33,742 nt of DNA from an uncultured Bacilli bacterium (GCA_947624635.1 CANQLF010000001.1:1-33742), one strand, 5' to 3'. Numbered from the stretch's first letter, positions 9,139 through 19,285 are shown. Notes: generated by a model from the letters alone, not told the origin. Translations and numbers: made by a program.

Positions 9139-9870
9139 CTATTCAGATTCACCCTTATTGTCATTAGCTTCATTTTTTCCTTCTTGTATACCTTTACTAA
9201 TTGATTTTGCTATGTCACCAATTGCCGGTGCAACTTCTTTACCAATTGTTGCCCCTACTTTACCAACGGTTGGTGCCATTTTTTCCATACCTTCTTGTGC
9301 TACAGGCATAACTTGTTGAACTCCAAATGCAAGCATTTCTCTACGTTTAGAGAATAAATAAACTCCTAATGATATAATACCTGATACTAGTATTATAAAT
9401 CCTCCAAAGACATATAATGGAACGTATTTTGCCGTTGAAATTTTATTATATAATACAGGATAAACAGTATTTGATAAATTAAATTCTTCCATCTCTAAAT
9501 CTGACAATTGAGAGTTTAATGCACTAGATTCTCTTTCACATTTATTAACATTTGCAAACCAATTACTTCCATGTTCAATTGAGTCACACTCTGTTTCCTT
9601 TTCATCTATTTTTGCATTTAATTCTTCTTTTTCATTTTTTATTTCTTCTAATCTTTGTTGATCTTGTACTTTCTTTTGTTCTACTTGTTTATATATTTTA
9701 TTATAATTTTCTTCATTTGTTTTTTTAGCATTATTTGATAATACTAATCCTGTAGTTATTAATCCTGTTCCTATTAATATTCCAGCTATTAATATAATTA
9801 AAGCTATTTTTTTAATTTTCTTTTTTGATTTTTCATAGTTTTCTTCTGTTAAAAATTCTTTCTTTTCCAT
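9139..9870 (-). CDS. Membrane protein with two TM helices flanking a coiled-coil ectodomain; function unknown
   Basis: 243 aa. TM helices at IALIILIAGILIGTGLITTGLVL and YVPLYVFGGFIILVSGIISLGVYLF. E/K-rich heptad-like segment between them. AAGGAGTGA RBS. Starts 16 nt after the stop of the upstream gene, so likely the same operon. Confidence 0.5.
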   Translation of the reverse strand: MEKKEFLTEENYEKSKKKIKKIALIILIAGILIGTGLITTGLVLSNNAKKTNEENYNKIYKQVEQKKVQDQQRLEEIKNEKEELNAKIDEKETECDSIEHGSNWFANVNKCERESSALNSQLSDLEMEEFNLSNTVYPVLYNKISTAKYVPLYVFGGFIILVSGIISLGVYLFSKRREMLAFGVQQVMPVAQEGMEKMAPTVGKVGATIGKEVAPAIGDIAKSISKGIQEGKNEANDNKGESE

Positions 9871-9885
9871 ACTATTTTCACTCCT

Positions 9886-11472
9886 TTATTCATTATTCAT
9901 ATTTGAATTTATATTATCATTATTACTAGTAGTAATATTATCTATATTTGGTGTTGGACTATCATCTATTATATCTATTATTTCTTCATTTGATTCTTCA
10001 ATTGGCATTTCATTATTTTCTATATTGTTTTGTTGTTGAAAGTCAATGTTATCTTGTGTATTCAATTCTTTTGGTGGAGTATTATCAATATTATTTTTAT
10101 TGTTTTTATTTTTCTTTTTAATAAAATAGAATACTATTAAACCTATAATTATTAATAATTCTATAATAGTAAATACTACAAAGATATTAAAGCTATTATC
10201 TTTTTTATCATTATTAGTTTTAATATTAGTTTTAATGTTTGATTCTACATTTTTTATATTTGACATAGTTATTAAATAATTATTGCCATTTGTAGTAGAA
10301 AATTCTATATATCCATCTTTAACTATTAAATTATCTTCAATTTTTACTAATTTATTATTAACTTTATCATAGTAATATATATTTAGTTTATCACCATTAT
10401 TATATTTATCACCAACATATAATTTTATTTTTGTTCCTTCTGGTAAATTATTATTAATTATTATTTGTTTTCCATCTGCATAATTTGATAATTCGTTTAT
10501 TTCTTTTGATGGTTTTTTAATATCAATATTTAAGTTTAATTCTTTAGAATTATTTATTTTAGAACCATCTAATAAAATACTATAAAGTAATTTATTGTTA
10601 TTATCATAGTAATCAAAATTAATTTTTTTACCACTCTTTTTAATTTTATCTATATCGTTTGATGATAATTTAGTATTAGCATCTACTTTTATATTAGCTT
10701 CTTTAATATTAGAATCTTTTAATATATTATCTAAATCTTCTATAGTATAACTATCTTTTCTAGTTATTTTAATATTTATTTTGTTTTGTGTACCTGATTG
10801 TGAAGTAACAATTATTTCAATATTATTTTCCCCTACTTTTAATTCATGTGTTCCTGTACCTGTTATTTTTGCATTAATATCTTCTGCTACTGCTTTAATA
10901 TTAACTTTATCTGTACTATATGGAACTGTTAATGTGTAATTATTTTTATCAACTTTGTTTAAGTTGAAACCTTCGACTTCTAAACTAGTAAGATCTACAT
11001 TTGATGATTTATTATTTGTATTAGATGATGGTTTATTATTGTTTGTATTTGAGTTATTATTTGTACCACCTGTACTTGGTGATGGATTAGGTTTTGGTGT
11101 AGATTTTCCTACTACATTAACATTTATTGTATATGTTTTTCCTGTTAAATCTTCATCATCATAACTTGTAACGTCAGTTGTATATACTTTTATAGAAGTC
11201 GACCCAACACTATTTGCTTTAACAGTTATAGTTACACTATTCATATCTAAAAATTCACTAGTACTAGAGATACTTGCAATGCTAGAATTATTTGTTGAAA
11301 TATCAACTCTACCTGCACAATTATCTGCATTTATGGTAAATGTGGCACTACTACCTTTAGTTATAGTTAAGTTTGTTGTAGAAACACTTATACTACCTCT
11401 TGCAAGTACATTTATCGGTATCATTAGTAATATTAGTGCAAGGGTTAGAAATATATTTTTTAACTTCTTCAT
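9886..11472 (-). CDS. Surface protein: signal peptide, Ig-like beta-sandwich domain, N/S/T-rich linker, cadherin-like beta-sandwich domain, C-terminal TM anchor
   Basis: Start moved to the ATG at 11472 (MKKLKNIFLTLALILLMIPINVLA), preceded by AGGAGA. The segment LTSLEVEGFNLNKVDKNNYTLTVPYSTDKVNIKAVAEDINAKITGTGTHELKVGENNIEIIVTSQSGTQNKINIKITR fits the bacterial cadherin-like repeat pattern. TM helix FNIFVVFTIIELLIIIGLIVFYFI lies near the C-terminus. Confidence 0.6.
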   Translation of the reverse strand: MKKLKNIFLTLALILLMIPINVLARGSISVSTTNLTITKGSSATFTINADNCAGRVDISTNNSSIASISSTSEFLDMNSVTITVKANSVGSTSIKVYTTDVTSYDDEDLTGKTYTINVNVVGKSTPKPNPSPSTGGTNNNSNTNNNKPSSNTNNKSSNVDLTSLEVEGFNLNKVDKNNYTLTVPYSTDKVNIKAVAEDINAKITGTGTHELKVGENNIEIIVTSQSGTQNKINIKITRKDSYTIEDLDNILKDSNIKEANIKVDANTKLSSNDIDKIKKSGKKINFDYYDNNNKLLYSILLDGSKINNSKELNLNIDIKKPSKEINELSNYADGKQIIINNNLPEGTKIKLYVGDKYNNGDKLNIYYYDKVNNKLVKIEDNLIVKDGYIEFSTTNGNNYLITMSNIKNVESNIKTNIKTNNDKKDNSFNIFVVFTIIELLIIIGLIVFYFIKKKNKNNKNNIDNTPPKELNTQDNIDFQQQNNIENNEMPIEESNEEIIDIIDDSPTPNIDNITTSNNDNINSNMNNE

Positions 11473-11495
11473 AAAATTTTCTCCTATCATACTTA

Positions 11496-14400
11496 CTATT
11501 CAATAAACTCTGTTCCCATAATGTGTTTTCTAATCTTGATGTAATCTTTTGAAGTAATAACTTCATCTAGGTTAATATCTGCTGCATAGAATAATGTTTT
11601 ATCAGTTATTACTTCAGATCCCATTATATGCTTTCTAATTTTAATATAGTCTTTTGAAGTTATTTCACCATCCCCATTTATATCTCCTGCTAAAGCAATT
11701 TTATAATCAAAATCTTTTGTATTATTTATTTTAATTCTTACTATATCTTTTGTCTTAACATCATCTGAAGTAGTTAATTCATTACTTGATTCGTAATGAG
11801 AATATGCTATTTCATTAGCAAAATAATTAAATCTTTCAATTATTTTAGAAAAACTTTTATTTTTTGTTATTACTACATTATCTCTAATTGATAGTGGAGG
11901 ATTAACACCTCTTATACCATATATTTTTACTTTATTACTTCCCATTAAAGTTTCATAACCTTCAGCAGTTACCTTGTATTTAACTGTGTATTCACCAACA
12001 AACATGAACGAAGGTACCTTACTTCCATAGTCTGTATCATCAACGGAATACTCTATTTCATAATCATCTATATCCAATTTAATATCAAGTGAATGTAATT
12101 GACCATCATATATACCCTCATAATCTTTTGTATAATTAAATATTATATTGGTATTATATACATTAACTGATAATTCAATATTTTCAATCACTTCATAATT
12201 TTCAGTATCTTCTGGTGTATATTTTGCTAGAAATGTTTGTTCACCTACTTCTGTTATTGTTTGATTTTTATCCATCCACTCAAATCCTGTTGGTAAATCT
12301 ATATCACTTAATTTCATGTTTACTTTTGCTTTTAGATTATTTGGCTTTTCATAATTAGGTGTTGCTTTTGATACATTTACATTTACATTTTTTTCATAAG
12401 TTTCATTATATATATCATTAATTATTACTGTGTAATATGAATGATTAAATCTAAAACTATCTAAATTATTTATATATTTAATTGTATATCCATCTGTTAT
12501 AGTTTTACTATTAGTTTCTTCTTTATATTCGTTATCTTTATTATATCCTTTTTCAAAATTTAAAGATATTGAACTTATGTCACTGCTAGTAACTTTTTCA
12601 AATGCTTTATATGATGTTTTATTTGCATTAATAGTTATTTCTGGATTTAAGGTTTCATATTTTATTTTATTATTTTTTGCATATTCTTTTGCATAAGCAT
12701 CACTGTATGTATAAATTGTTAAATCTATTTTTTCTTGTTGTGTATTTTTATCAAAAGAATTTGTAGCTATTGAATCGACTGATCTTGGAATATAAACTTC
12801 TTTTAATTTTTTACAAGCATAAAAAGCATGATCTTTAATTTCTTTAACTTTTTTTGGAATAATAATACTATTTATACCACTATTTACAAATGCCATTGCA
12901 TTTATTTGTTCAATTGATTCTGGTAAATTAACCGTTTCAAGATTTTCACAATTAAAGAAGGTATTGGATTCAATTGTTTTAACACCATCTGGAATATCAA
13001 TACTCTTAATATTAGTTCCAGAAAAAGCATTACTGCCTATATATGTAATACTTTCAGGTATATTTATATGTTCAAGTTTAGAACATCCAGAGAAAGCACC
13101 ATTTTCTATTCTAGTAATTTTTTCTGCTAATTTAATGTTATCCAAGAATTCACAACCTGAAAAAGCTTGAGAACCAATTTTAGAAATCACACCATTAAAT
13201 GTCGTAAGTTTGTAATTATACATAAAAGCATTTTCATTAATTTCTATTTCTGGACTGTTTATTATTACTTTTTCTAATGTAGATTTTGAATCTTGTGATA
13301 ATATTTTTTCAGCACGAAAAACATTTTTTCCAATTTTAGATATTGTTTTTGGTAAATTTATAATTTTAAAGTATTCAAAATCTTTTGAATTTTTAAACAT
13401 ATCTGAACTACTACTTGATGTTGAATCTGCTAATGATACTACATTATATTCGTTAATTGTTTCAGGAAAATATAAACTAAGATATTTTTGATTATTATCT
13501 TTGTAATGTGTTAATTCTATATTAGATGAATCAAGAATATTATATTCCCAGCCTACATCTTCAAATCTCGGATTTGTTATATTAAAGGCTTCCGTTAAAC
13601 CATCATATTTAATTGTTACAGTTTGTTGGGTATTACTATTTGGATTATATCCTTCTATTTCTATATTCTCTAATTTACCCAAAGTCCTTGTTATTTTTCT
13701 ACCGTCATTATAGTGAATTAAAATTTCTGTTGGAAATAAATTATTTACACTATAATAATTATAGTCTGTTGTTTTAATGTTAGTTACTTCTATTTTAGTT
13801 ATTTCAGTTGCACTTTTAGAAAATATACCATATTCATCACATTCATCTTCTTGACTATTATCACAAAATTTAGCATTATTAAATGAGATTAATCCATATC
13901 CATAGTATTCATCCCATCCTTCATCACCTAAATCTTGAGCATATATTTTTAATAATTCGATTGCATCATCAATTGTAAGGTCTTTATTAAGTGATTTTAA
14001 AATTGCTACTGAACTTACTGCATGTGGTGTAGCCATAGAAGTTCCACTCATTTTTCCATTAATACTTTCTATATCTGTTCCAGGGGCAGTAAAAGTTATA
14101 TATCTTCCATAATTTGAAAAATCAGATTTATTTAAAGACGAATCTACTGAAGAAATAGCAATTGTAGTATCAAGAGCTGCAGGATATGATTTATCAGATG
14201 TGCTTTCATTACCTGCTGCAGCAACACTTATTATATTTTGTTCTTTTGCTGCTTCTATTGCACTATCAAGTGCTAAATCGTTTCTTTCTGAGCCAAAGCT
14301 CATGTTAATAACATCTGCTTTTTTGTCTTGAACTATATAATTTACTGCTGCTACTATTTTAACTGTATCAATAGATTTATCATCTGATACTTTAACTGGT

Positions 14401-15056
14401 AAAATTTTAACGTTATTTGGTGTACTTTCAGCAATTGTTCCAGCTATATGTGTACCATGTCCATAATTATCAAACATATCACTATCTGAAGTTAGTATAT
14501 TATAAGTTTTTTCTATTTTTCCTGAATAATTTTCATTAAATAAATCCATATCACAACCTGTATCTATTATTGCTACTGTAATATCATTTAATTTTTGTGA
14601 ATTAGCAAATTCAATTGCATCATCTAGTCCCATTTTTTCTACTCCCCAAGAATTATAATTTCCATCTACATTTGAAAAAGTATAAGTTATATTTTCTTGT
14701 ACAATAATAGAAGGATCATTTTTTAATTTATTAAATGCTTTATCTTTATTTTTCAAATTGTCATATTGTAGGATATATTGATTATTAGGAGCATCAATTA
14801 TTTTTTTAGCTCCGTATGTTTCTTTTAATTTTTCTTCAGATATTACAATTAATATATTGTCTTTTTCATCTTCTTTTATTTCTGATACTTCTTTAAAATA
14901 ATTATTCATAAATTCTTTTGGTAATTTTGAAATATTTATTAGGTCATCAGTTAGTTTATTATTATTTAATAATTTATGTTTAAAATAAAAGCAACAAGTT
15001 ATTGAACCAATTAAAAAGATTACTAAAAAGGCACTGATATACAATCTTTTTTTCAT
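11496..15056 (-). CDS. Large secreted subtilisin-family (S8) serine protease with BspA-type leucine-rich repeats, Ig-like modules and a C-terminal dockerin
   Basis: 1186 aa. S8 catalytic triad contexts: AIIDTGCD (Asp), HGTHIAGTIA (His), GTSMATPHAV (Ser). LRR_5-like repeats, e.g. FSGCSKLEHINIPESITYIGSNAFSG. Duplicated Ca-binding dockerin segments GDINGDGEITSKDYIKIRKHIMG and ADINLDEVITSKDYIKIRKHIMG at the C-terminus (about nt 11499-11714). Confidence 0.85.
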   Translation of the reverse strand: MKKRLYISAFLVIFLIGSITCCFYFKHKLLNNNKLTDDLINISKLPKEFMNNYFKEVSEIKEDEKDNILIVISEEKLKETYGAKKIIDAPNNQYILQYDNLKNKDKAFNKLKNDPSIIVQENITYTFSNVDGNYNSWGVEKMGLDDAIEFANSQKLNDITVAIIDTGCDMDLFNENYSGKIEKTYNILTSDSDMFDNYGHGTHIAGTIAESTPNNVKILPVKVSDDKSIDTVKIVAAVNYIVQDKKADVINMSFGSERNDLALDSAIEAAKEQNIISVAAAGNESTSDKSYPAALDTTIAISSVDSSLNKSDFSNYGRYITFTAPGTDIESINGKMSGTSMATPHAVSSVAILKSLNKDLTIDDAIELLKIYAQDLGDEGWDEYYGYGLISFNNAKFCDNSQEDECDEYGIFSKSATEITKIEVTNIKTTDYNYYSVNNLFPTEILIHYNDGRKITRTLGKLENIEIEGYNPNSNTQQTVTIKYDGLTEAFNITNPRFEDVGWEYNILDSSNIELTHYKDNNQKYLSLYFPETINEYNVVSLADSTSSSSSDMFKNSKDFEYFKIINLPKTISKIGKNVFRAEKILSQDSKSTLEKVIINSPEIEINENAFMYNYKLTTFNGVISKIGSQAFSGCEFLDNIKLAEKITRIENGAFSGCSKLEHINIPESITYIGSNAFSGTNIKSIDIPDGVKTIESNTFFNCENLETVNLPESIEQINAMAFVNSGINSIIIPKKVKEIKDHAFYACKKLKEVYIPRSVDSIATNSFDKNTQQEKIDLTIYTYSDAYAKEYAKNNKIKYETLNPEITINANKTSYKAFEKVTSSDISSISLNFEKGYNKDNEYKEETNSKTITDGYTIKYINNLDSFRFNHSYYTVIINDIYNETYEKNVNVNVSKATPNYEKPNNLKAKVNMKLSDIDLPTGFEWMDKNQTITEVGEQTFLAKYTPEDTENYEVIENIELSVNVYNTNIIFNYTKDYEGIYDGQLHSLDIKLDIDDYEIEYSVDDTDYGSKVPSFMFVGEYTVKYKVTAEGYETLMGSNKVKIYGIRGVNPPLSIRDNVVITKNKSFSKIIERFNYFANEIAYSHYESSNELTTSDDVKTKDIVRIKINNTKDFDYKIALAGDINGDGEITSKDYIKIRKHIMGSEVITDKTLFYAADINLDEVITSKDYIKIRKHIMGTEFIE

Positions 15057-15084
15057 ACTGCTAAACCTCTCTTACTCTGGGATA

Positions 15085-15114
15085 ATTATATCATTTATTG
15101 ACACCCTTTTTCAA
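15085..15114 (-). promoter_or_regulatory. Promoter of the protease operon (extended -10)
   Basis: On the - strand: TTGAAA (15109-15114), 18-nt spacer, and TGATATAAT (15085-15093, a TGn extended -10). Confidence 0.45.
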
Positions 15115-15135
15115 CTGATATAACGACAATTTTTT

Positions 15136-15165
15136 AAAGAAAAAAACTAACAATTTTGCTAGTTT
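15136..15165 (-). terminator. Rho-independent terminator after the noc-like gene
   Basis: - strand RNA AAACUAGC-AAAAUU-GUUAGUUU (15144-15165, 8-bp stem with one G-U pair), followed by UUUUCUUU. Starts immediately after the stop codon at 15166-15168. Confidence 0.65.
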
Positions 15166-16572
15166 CTATTTTTGTATATTTATTACTATTTGATGAGTAG
15201 TACCCATGTCTTGTTCATCAACATTAATTATATATCCATTGTTTTGTAAATTAACTACTGTATTTCTTATAACTGCAACTGCACCTGTTATATCTTGTTG
15301 AGCTATAAATGATGTAGGTTGAGCCTCAGTCATTGGAGGCATACCAGTAAGGCCTGCTTGATTAGGTGAACCAAATGCAGGTGGTTCTTGCATGAAATTG
15401 TTATTTGGTTCTATTTGATGTTCATTTATATTTGGATTACCAAATTGATTTGGATCAAATGTAGCATTATTAGGGTTAAATGTATTACCCATATTCATAT
15501 TTGCTGCTTCATCATCTAAGTTGTTAAAGAACCTTCCTCCTATTGATTCATTATTTTGTTGTGCCATACCATTTTGCATTCCCATTTGATTTGGATCTTG
15601 CATTATTGCTGGATTATTTGGAACATCTTGATTCATTGGAGTTCCACCAAATACTGGAGGCTCACTTGGTTGTGATGGTTGTGGTATTGGTTGATTATTT
15701 ATATCCAAAGGATTTGGAACATCACTAATAGGCATTTGATTTAAATTATTTTGGTTATTTATATTTGAATTTTCTTGATTAATGTTATTATCAATTGGTG
15801 GTGCATCAACATTATTTTGATTCATATCTTGTTCACCTTCAATACTTATAGGAGTTGGTTCTACTTCAATATTTGGTGTATCAACATTATCTGTACTTGC
15901 TTCAGGTGAAGCTGGAGTATCTATTTGAAAATCTATTATTTCACTATCTTCTTCTGTATCTTGTGGTGTATCATTTCCTAACATGTTTTTAATTTCATTA
16001 TCAGTTTCTCTAACAGTAAGTCTATTTTCAATTATTTTATTTAACATTTCATTTTGAGCAGTTTTATCTTTTAATTTTAATAAACTTCTTGCATGTCTTT
16101 CTGATATTTTAGTATCGAGTAATGCTTGTTGAGCTTCATCACTTAAATTTAATAATCTTAATTTGTTAGATACTGTTGATTGAGTCTTACCTACTCTTTT
16201 AGCTAATTCTTCTTGATTCATTTGTCCTAATTCTAATATTTTTTCATAAGATTTTGCTTCTTCTATTGCAGTTAAATCTTTTCTTTGTATGTTTTCAACT
16301 AAAGCTATTTCTGCACTATCTGCATCATTTATTTCCATAACAATTGATGGAACAGTTTTAAGACCTATTATATTTGCAGCTTTAAATCTTCTTTCACCTG
16401 CAATTATTTCATACTTATCTCCTAGTTTTCTTAAAACTAATGGTTGAATTAGGCCATGTTGTCTAATTGAATCAGCTAATTCGTTTAATGATTCTTCATC
16501 AAAGTTTTTTCTAGGTTGAAATCTGTTAGGAATAATATCATTAACACTTATTTGTTCAACTTGATTGTTCAT
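15166..16572 (-). CDS. noc: ParB/Noc-family CTP-switch DNA-binding protein with Noc-type HTH and a long Q/N/P-rich low-complexity insertion
   Basis: 468 aa. ParB box IIPNRFQPR and GERRFKAA arginine patch. HTH region GKTQSTVSNKLRLLNL...ISERHARSL resembles B. subtilis Noc rather than Spo0J. Sits directly downstream of rsmG, as noc does in Bacillus. AAGGAGGGG RBS before the ATG at 16572. An in-frame TGA lies 14 codons upstream with no start codon between, so the N-terminus cannot be longer. Confidence 0.75.
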   Translation of the reverse strand: MNNQVEQISVNDIIPNRFQPRKNFDEESLNELADSIRQHGLIQPLVLRKLGDKYEIIAGERRFKAANIIGLKTVPSIVMEINDADSAEIALVENIQRKDLTAIEEAKSYEKILELGQMNQEELAKRVGKTQSTVSNKLRLLNLSDEAQQALLDTKISERHARSLLKLKDKTAQNEMLNKIIENRLTVRETDNEIKNMLGNDTPQDTEEDSEIIDFQIDTPASPEASTDNVDTPNIEVEPTPISIEGEQDMNQNNVDAPPIDNNINQENSNINNQNNLNQMPISDVPNPLDINNQPIPQPSQPSEPPVFGGTPMNQDVPNNPAIMQDPNQMGMQNGMAQQNNESIGGRFFNNLDDEAANMNMGNTFNPNNATFDPNQFGNPNINEHQIEPNNNFMQEPPAFGSPNQAGLTGMPPMTEAQPTSFIAQQDITGAVAVIRNTVVNLQNNGYIINVDEQDMGTTHQIVINIQK

Positions 16573-16620
16573 AGGACCCCTCCTTATTCTATCTATTATT
16601 GTATCTTTTTTTCATTATTT

Positions 16621-17319
16621 TTACAATGGATTTTTTTTAATTTGTTCAAATTTTCTTGGATACTTTTCATCTGTTTTACTTATTTTTTTAAATTTTATTA
16701 GTGTTCTCTTACTATTTTCTATTGGAAGAGTAAATTCTTTTATACTATCTAGTTTACAGTTTAACTTTTTACAAGCACTATCTATATTGTTTAATTCATC
16801 ATTAATATTTGCTTTTAGTGCAATGAAGTATCCATTAATTTTAGTTAGTGGCATTGCAAGTTCTATAAGTGTATTTGTTTTTGCAACTGCACGTGCTACT
16901 ACCAAATCGTATTTTTCTCGTTTCTTAAAATCTTCTATTCTTGTATGTATTGCTTCTATATCTTTTAAGTTTAATTTAGCTATTACATCATTTAGAAAAT
17001 TAATTCTTTTTTGTAATGAATCAATTAATGTTACTTTAATATTTGGAAAAAGTATTTTAATAGGAATTCCAGGAAAACCTGCACCACTACCCATATCGCA
17101 TAATGTATTTATGTTTTCTAAATTAATTGATAGATTTAGGGTTAGTGAATCATAAAAATGTTTTAAGTAAACATCTTTTTCTTCTGTTATTCCTGTTAAG
17201 TTCATTACTTTGTTATATTCTATTAACATTTTATAATATGTATCAAACATATTTAATTGTTCATCTGTAATTTGTATGTTTAAATCTTTTAAATAAGTAA
17301 TAAATTCATTCTTATTCAT
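16621..17319 (-). CDS. rsmG: 16S rRNA (guanine527-N7)-methyltransferase
   Basis: 232 aa. SAM-binding motif DMGSGAGFPGIPIKI. Conserved position after mnmG, with a 1-nt TAATG overlap with the mnmG stop. Confidence 0.9.
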   Translation of the reverse strand: MNKNEFITYLKDLNIQITDEQLNMFDTYYKMLIEYNKVMNLTGITEEKDVYLKHFYDSLTLNLSINLENINTLCDMGSGAGFPGIPIKILFPNIKVTLIDSLQKRINFLNDVIAKLNLKDIEAIHTRIEDFKKREKYDLVVARAVAKTNTLIELAMPLTKINGYFIALKANINDELNNIDSACKKLNCKLDSIKEFTLPIENSKRTLIKFKKISKTDEKYPRKFEQIKKNPL

Positions 17320-19175
17320 TAGTAACCACCTTTTTTTAAATACACAGATAATATGGATATATCTGATGGATTAACTCCACTTATACGTGATGCTTGTCCA
17401 ATTGATTTTGGTCTTACTTCTATTAATTTTTGTCTTGCTTCTGATGCAAGATTTGGTATTTTTTTATAATCTATATCTTCAGGTATTTTTTTATTTTCTA
17501 ATTTCAACATTTTTTCTGCTTCTCTTATAGCTTTTTTTATGTATCCATCATATTTAATATTTATTTCTACTTGTTCTTTTATTTCATCTGTATAATCTAT
17601 ATTTTTAAAATGAGTTAATTTATCTATTGTTATTTCTGGTCTTTTTAATAGTTCATAAAGTGTTATACCATCTTTTATTTCAGCACTATCTAATTCTTTT
17701 AAATATTCATTTACTTCTTTAGTTGGTGTAACTTTTATACTTTGTAGTTCTTCTTCTAATTTCTTAATTGATTCTATTTTTTCATCTAGTTTTTTCTTTC
17801 TTTCTTCACTAATTAATCCTACTTCATAACCATAATTACTTAATCTTAAATCTGCATTATCATGTCTTAATAATAATCTAAATTCTGCTCTTGAAGTTAA
17901 TAATCTATACGGTTCTTTTGTACCTTTTGTAACTAAATCGTCTATTAACACACCAATATAAGCTTCATTTCTTTTAAGTATTAATGGTTCTTTACCTTCT
18001 AGTTTTAGCGAAGCATTTATTCCTGCAATTAAACCTTGAGCTGCTGCTTCTTCATAACCACTTGTTCCGTTTATTTGTCCTGCAGTAAATAAATTTTCTA
18101 CTAATTTTGTTTCAAGTGAAGCATTTATTTGTAATGGATTAATCGCATCATATTCTATTGCATAAGCATATTTTAATATTTTAACGTTTTCTAATCCTTC
18201 AATACTATGTACCATATTCTCTTGTACATCATAAGGCATACTAGTAGAAAATCCTTGTAAGTATATATCATCATAATATAAGCTTTCTGGCTCTAAAAAT
18301 AATTGATGTCTATTTTTATCACTAAATCTTACTACTTTATCTTCTATTGATGGGCAGTATCTTGGACCAATTCCTTTTGCATATCCACCATACATACTTG
18401 ATCTATTTAAATTATCCATTATTATTTTGTGAGTTTTTTCATTTGTATAAACTAAATAACATGGTTCTTGTTTATCTATATCGTAAGTTGGATTTGTTTC
18501 ATAACTAAAACTCCATCTTACTTTATCTCCATCTTCTCTTCTAGTTTTAGAGTAATCTATAGTTGCTCTATCAAGTCTTGGTGGTGTTCCTGTTTTAAGT
18601 CTTTGAATATCGAATCCTAATTCTTTTAAATCATCACTTAAAAACATAGATGGTCTTTGATTATTAGGACCTTTTCTTGTTCTAGTATCCCCTACTAAAA
18701 TATCAGCTTTTAAATATGTTCCTGTTGTAAGTATTACTGTATCTGCATATATTTTTTCTCCACCTGCAAGAACTATACCTTTTATTTTTTTATCTTCAAC
18801 TATTAAGTGTTCAACCATATCTTCTAATAAGGTTAAGTTTTCAGTAGATTTTAAAGTTTCTTGCATATTTTTTGGATAAGTTATTTTATCTGCTTGGGCA
18901 CGTAAGCTTCTTACAGCTGGTCCTTTAGATGAATTAAGCATTTTGATTTGTATATGACTTTTATCTGCATTTTTACCCATTTCTCCACCTAAGGCATCTA
19001 TTTCTCTTACAACTATACCTTTCGCACTTCCACCTATTGATGGATTACATGGCATATCTGCAATATTATTTATATTTCCTGTTATAAGTAGAGTTTTATG
19101 ACCAATTCGTGCACATGCTAATGATGCTTCACAACCAGCATGTCCACCACCTACTACAATTACTTCGTATTTCAT
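17319..19175 (-). CDS. mnmG: tRNA uridine 5-carboxymethylaminomethyl modification enzyme MnmG (GidA)
   Basis: Start moved to the ATG at 19175 ([20 protein letters not shown]-binding GxGxxG), preceded by AGGAAGTGG. Full-length GidA-like sequence. Confidence 0.93.
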   Translation of the reverse strand: MKYEVIVVGGGHAGCEASLACARIGHKTLLITGNINNIADMPCNPSIGGSAKGIVVREIDALGGEMGKNADKSHIQIKMLNSSKGPAVRSLRAQADKITYPKNMQETLKSTENLTLLEDMVEHLIVEDKKIKGIVLAGGEKIYADTVILTTGTYLKADILVGDTRTRKGPNNQRPSMFLSDDLKELGFDIQRLKTGTPPRLDRATIDYSKTRREDGDKVRWSFSYETNPTYDIDKQEPCYLVYTNEKTHKIIMDNLNRSSMYGGYAKGIGPRYCPSIEDKVVRFSDKNRHQLFLEPESLYYDDIYLQGFSTSMPYDVQENMVHSIEGLENVKILKYAYAIEYDAINPLQINASLETKLVENLFTAGQINGTSGYEEAAAQGLIAGINASLKLEGKEPLILKRNEAYIGVLIDDLVTKGTKEPYRLLTSRAEFRLLLRHDNADLRLSNYGYEVGLISEERKKKLDEKIESIKKLEEELQSIKVTPTKEVNEYLKELDSAEIKDGITLYELLKRPEITIDKLTHFKNIDYTDEIKEQVEINIKYDGYIKKAIREAEKMLKLENKKIPEDIDYKKIPNLASEARQKLIEVRPKSIGQASRISGVNPSDISILSVYLKKGGY

Positions 19176-19252
19176 TTGTAACCACTTCCTAAAAAATACT
19201 TCGTACATATTATACTACATATTTTTCCATTTTTATTTATTTTTTTAAATAT

Positions 19253-19285
19253 AAAAATATCTAGAAATAATAATAAATCTAGATA
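19253..19285 (-). terminator. Probable terminator/attenuator between mnmE and mnmG
   Basis: 8-bp stem TATCTAGA (19258-19265) / TCTAGATA (19278-19285) with a 12-nt loop. A5 at 19253-19257 gives the U-run on the - strand. Confidence 0.45.

Noticed and set aside
16565-17155. 196-aa + strand ORF, plus the similar ORFs 16516..16701, 15543..15728, 12964..13170, 11279..11506, 10955..11164, 6749..7036 and 2431..2769
   Set aside because: All lie antisense within well-supported genes (rsmG, noc, protease, surface protein, PBP, prfA). They have F/L/S/I-rich low-complexity translations typical of shadow frames in AT-rich DNA, and no RBS.
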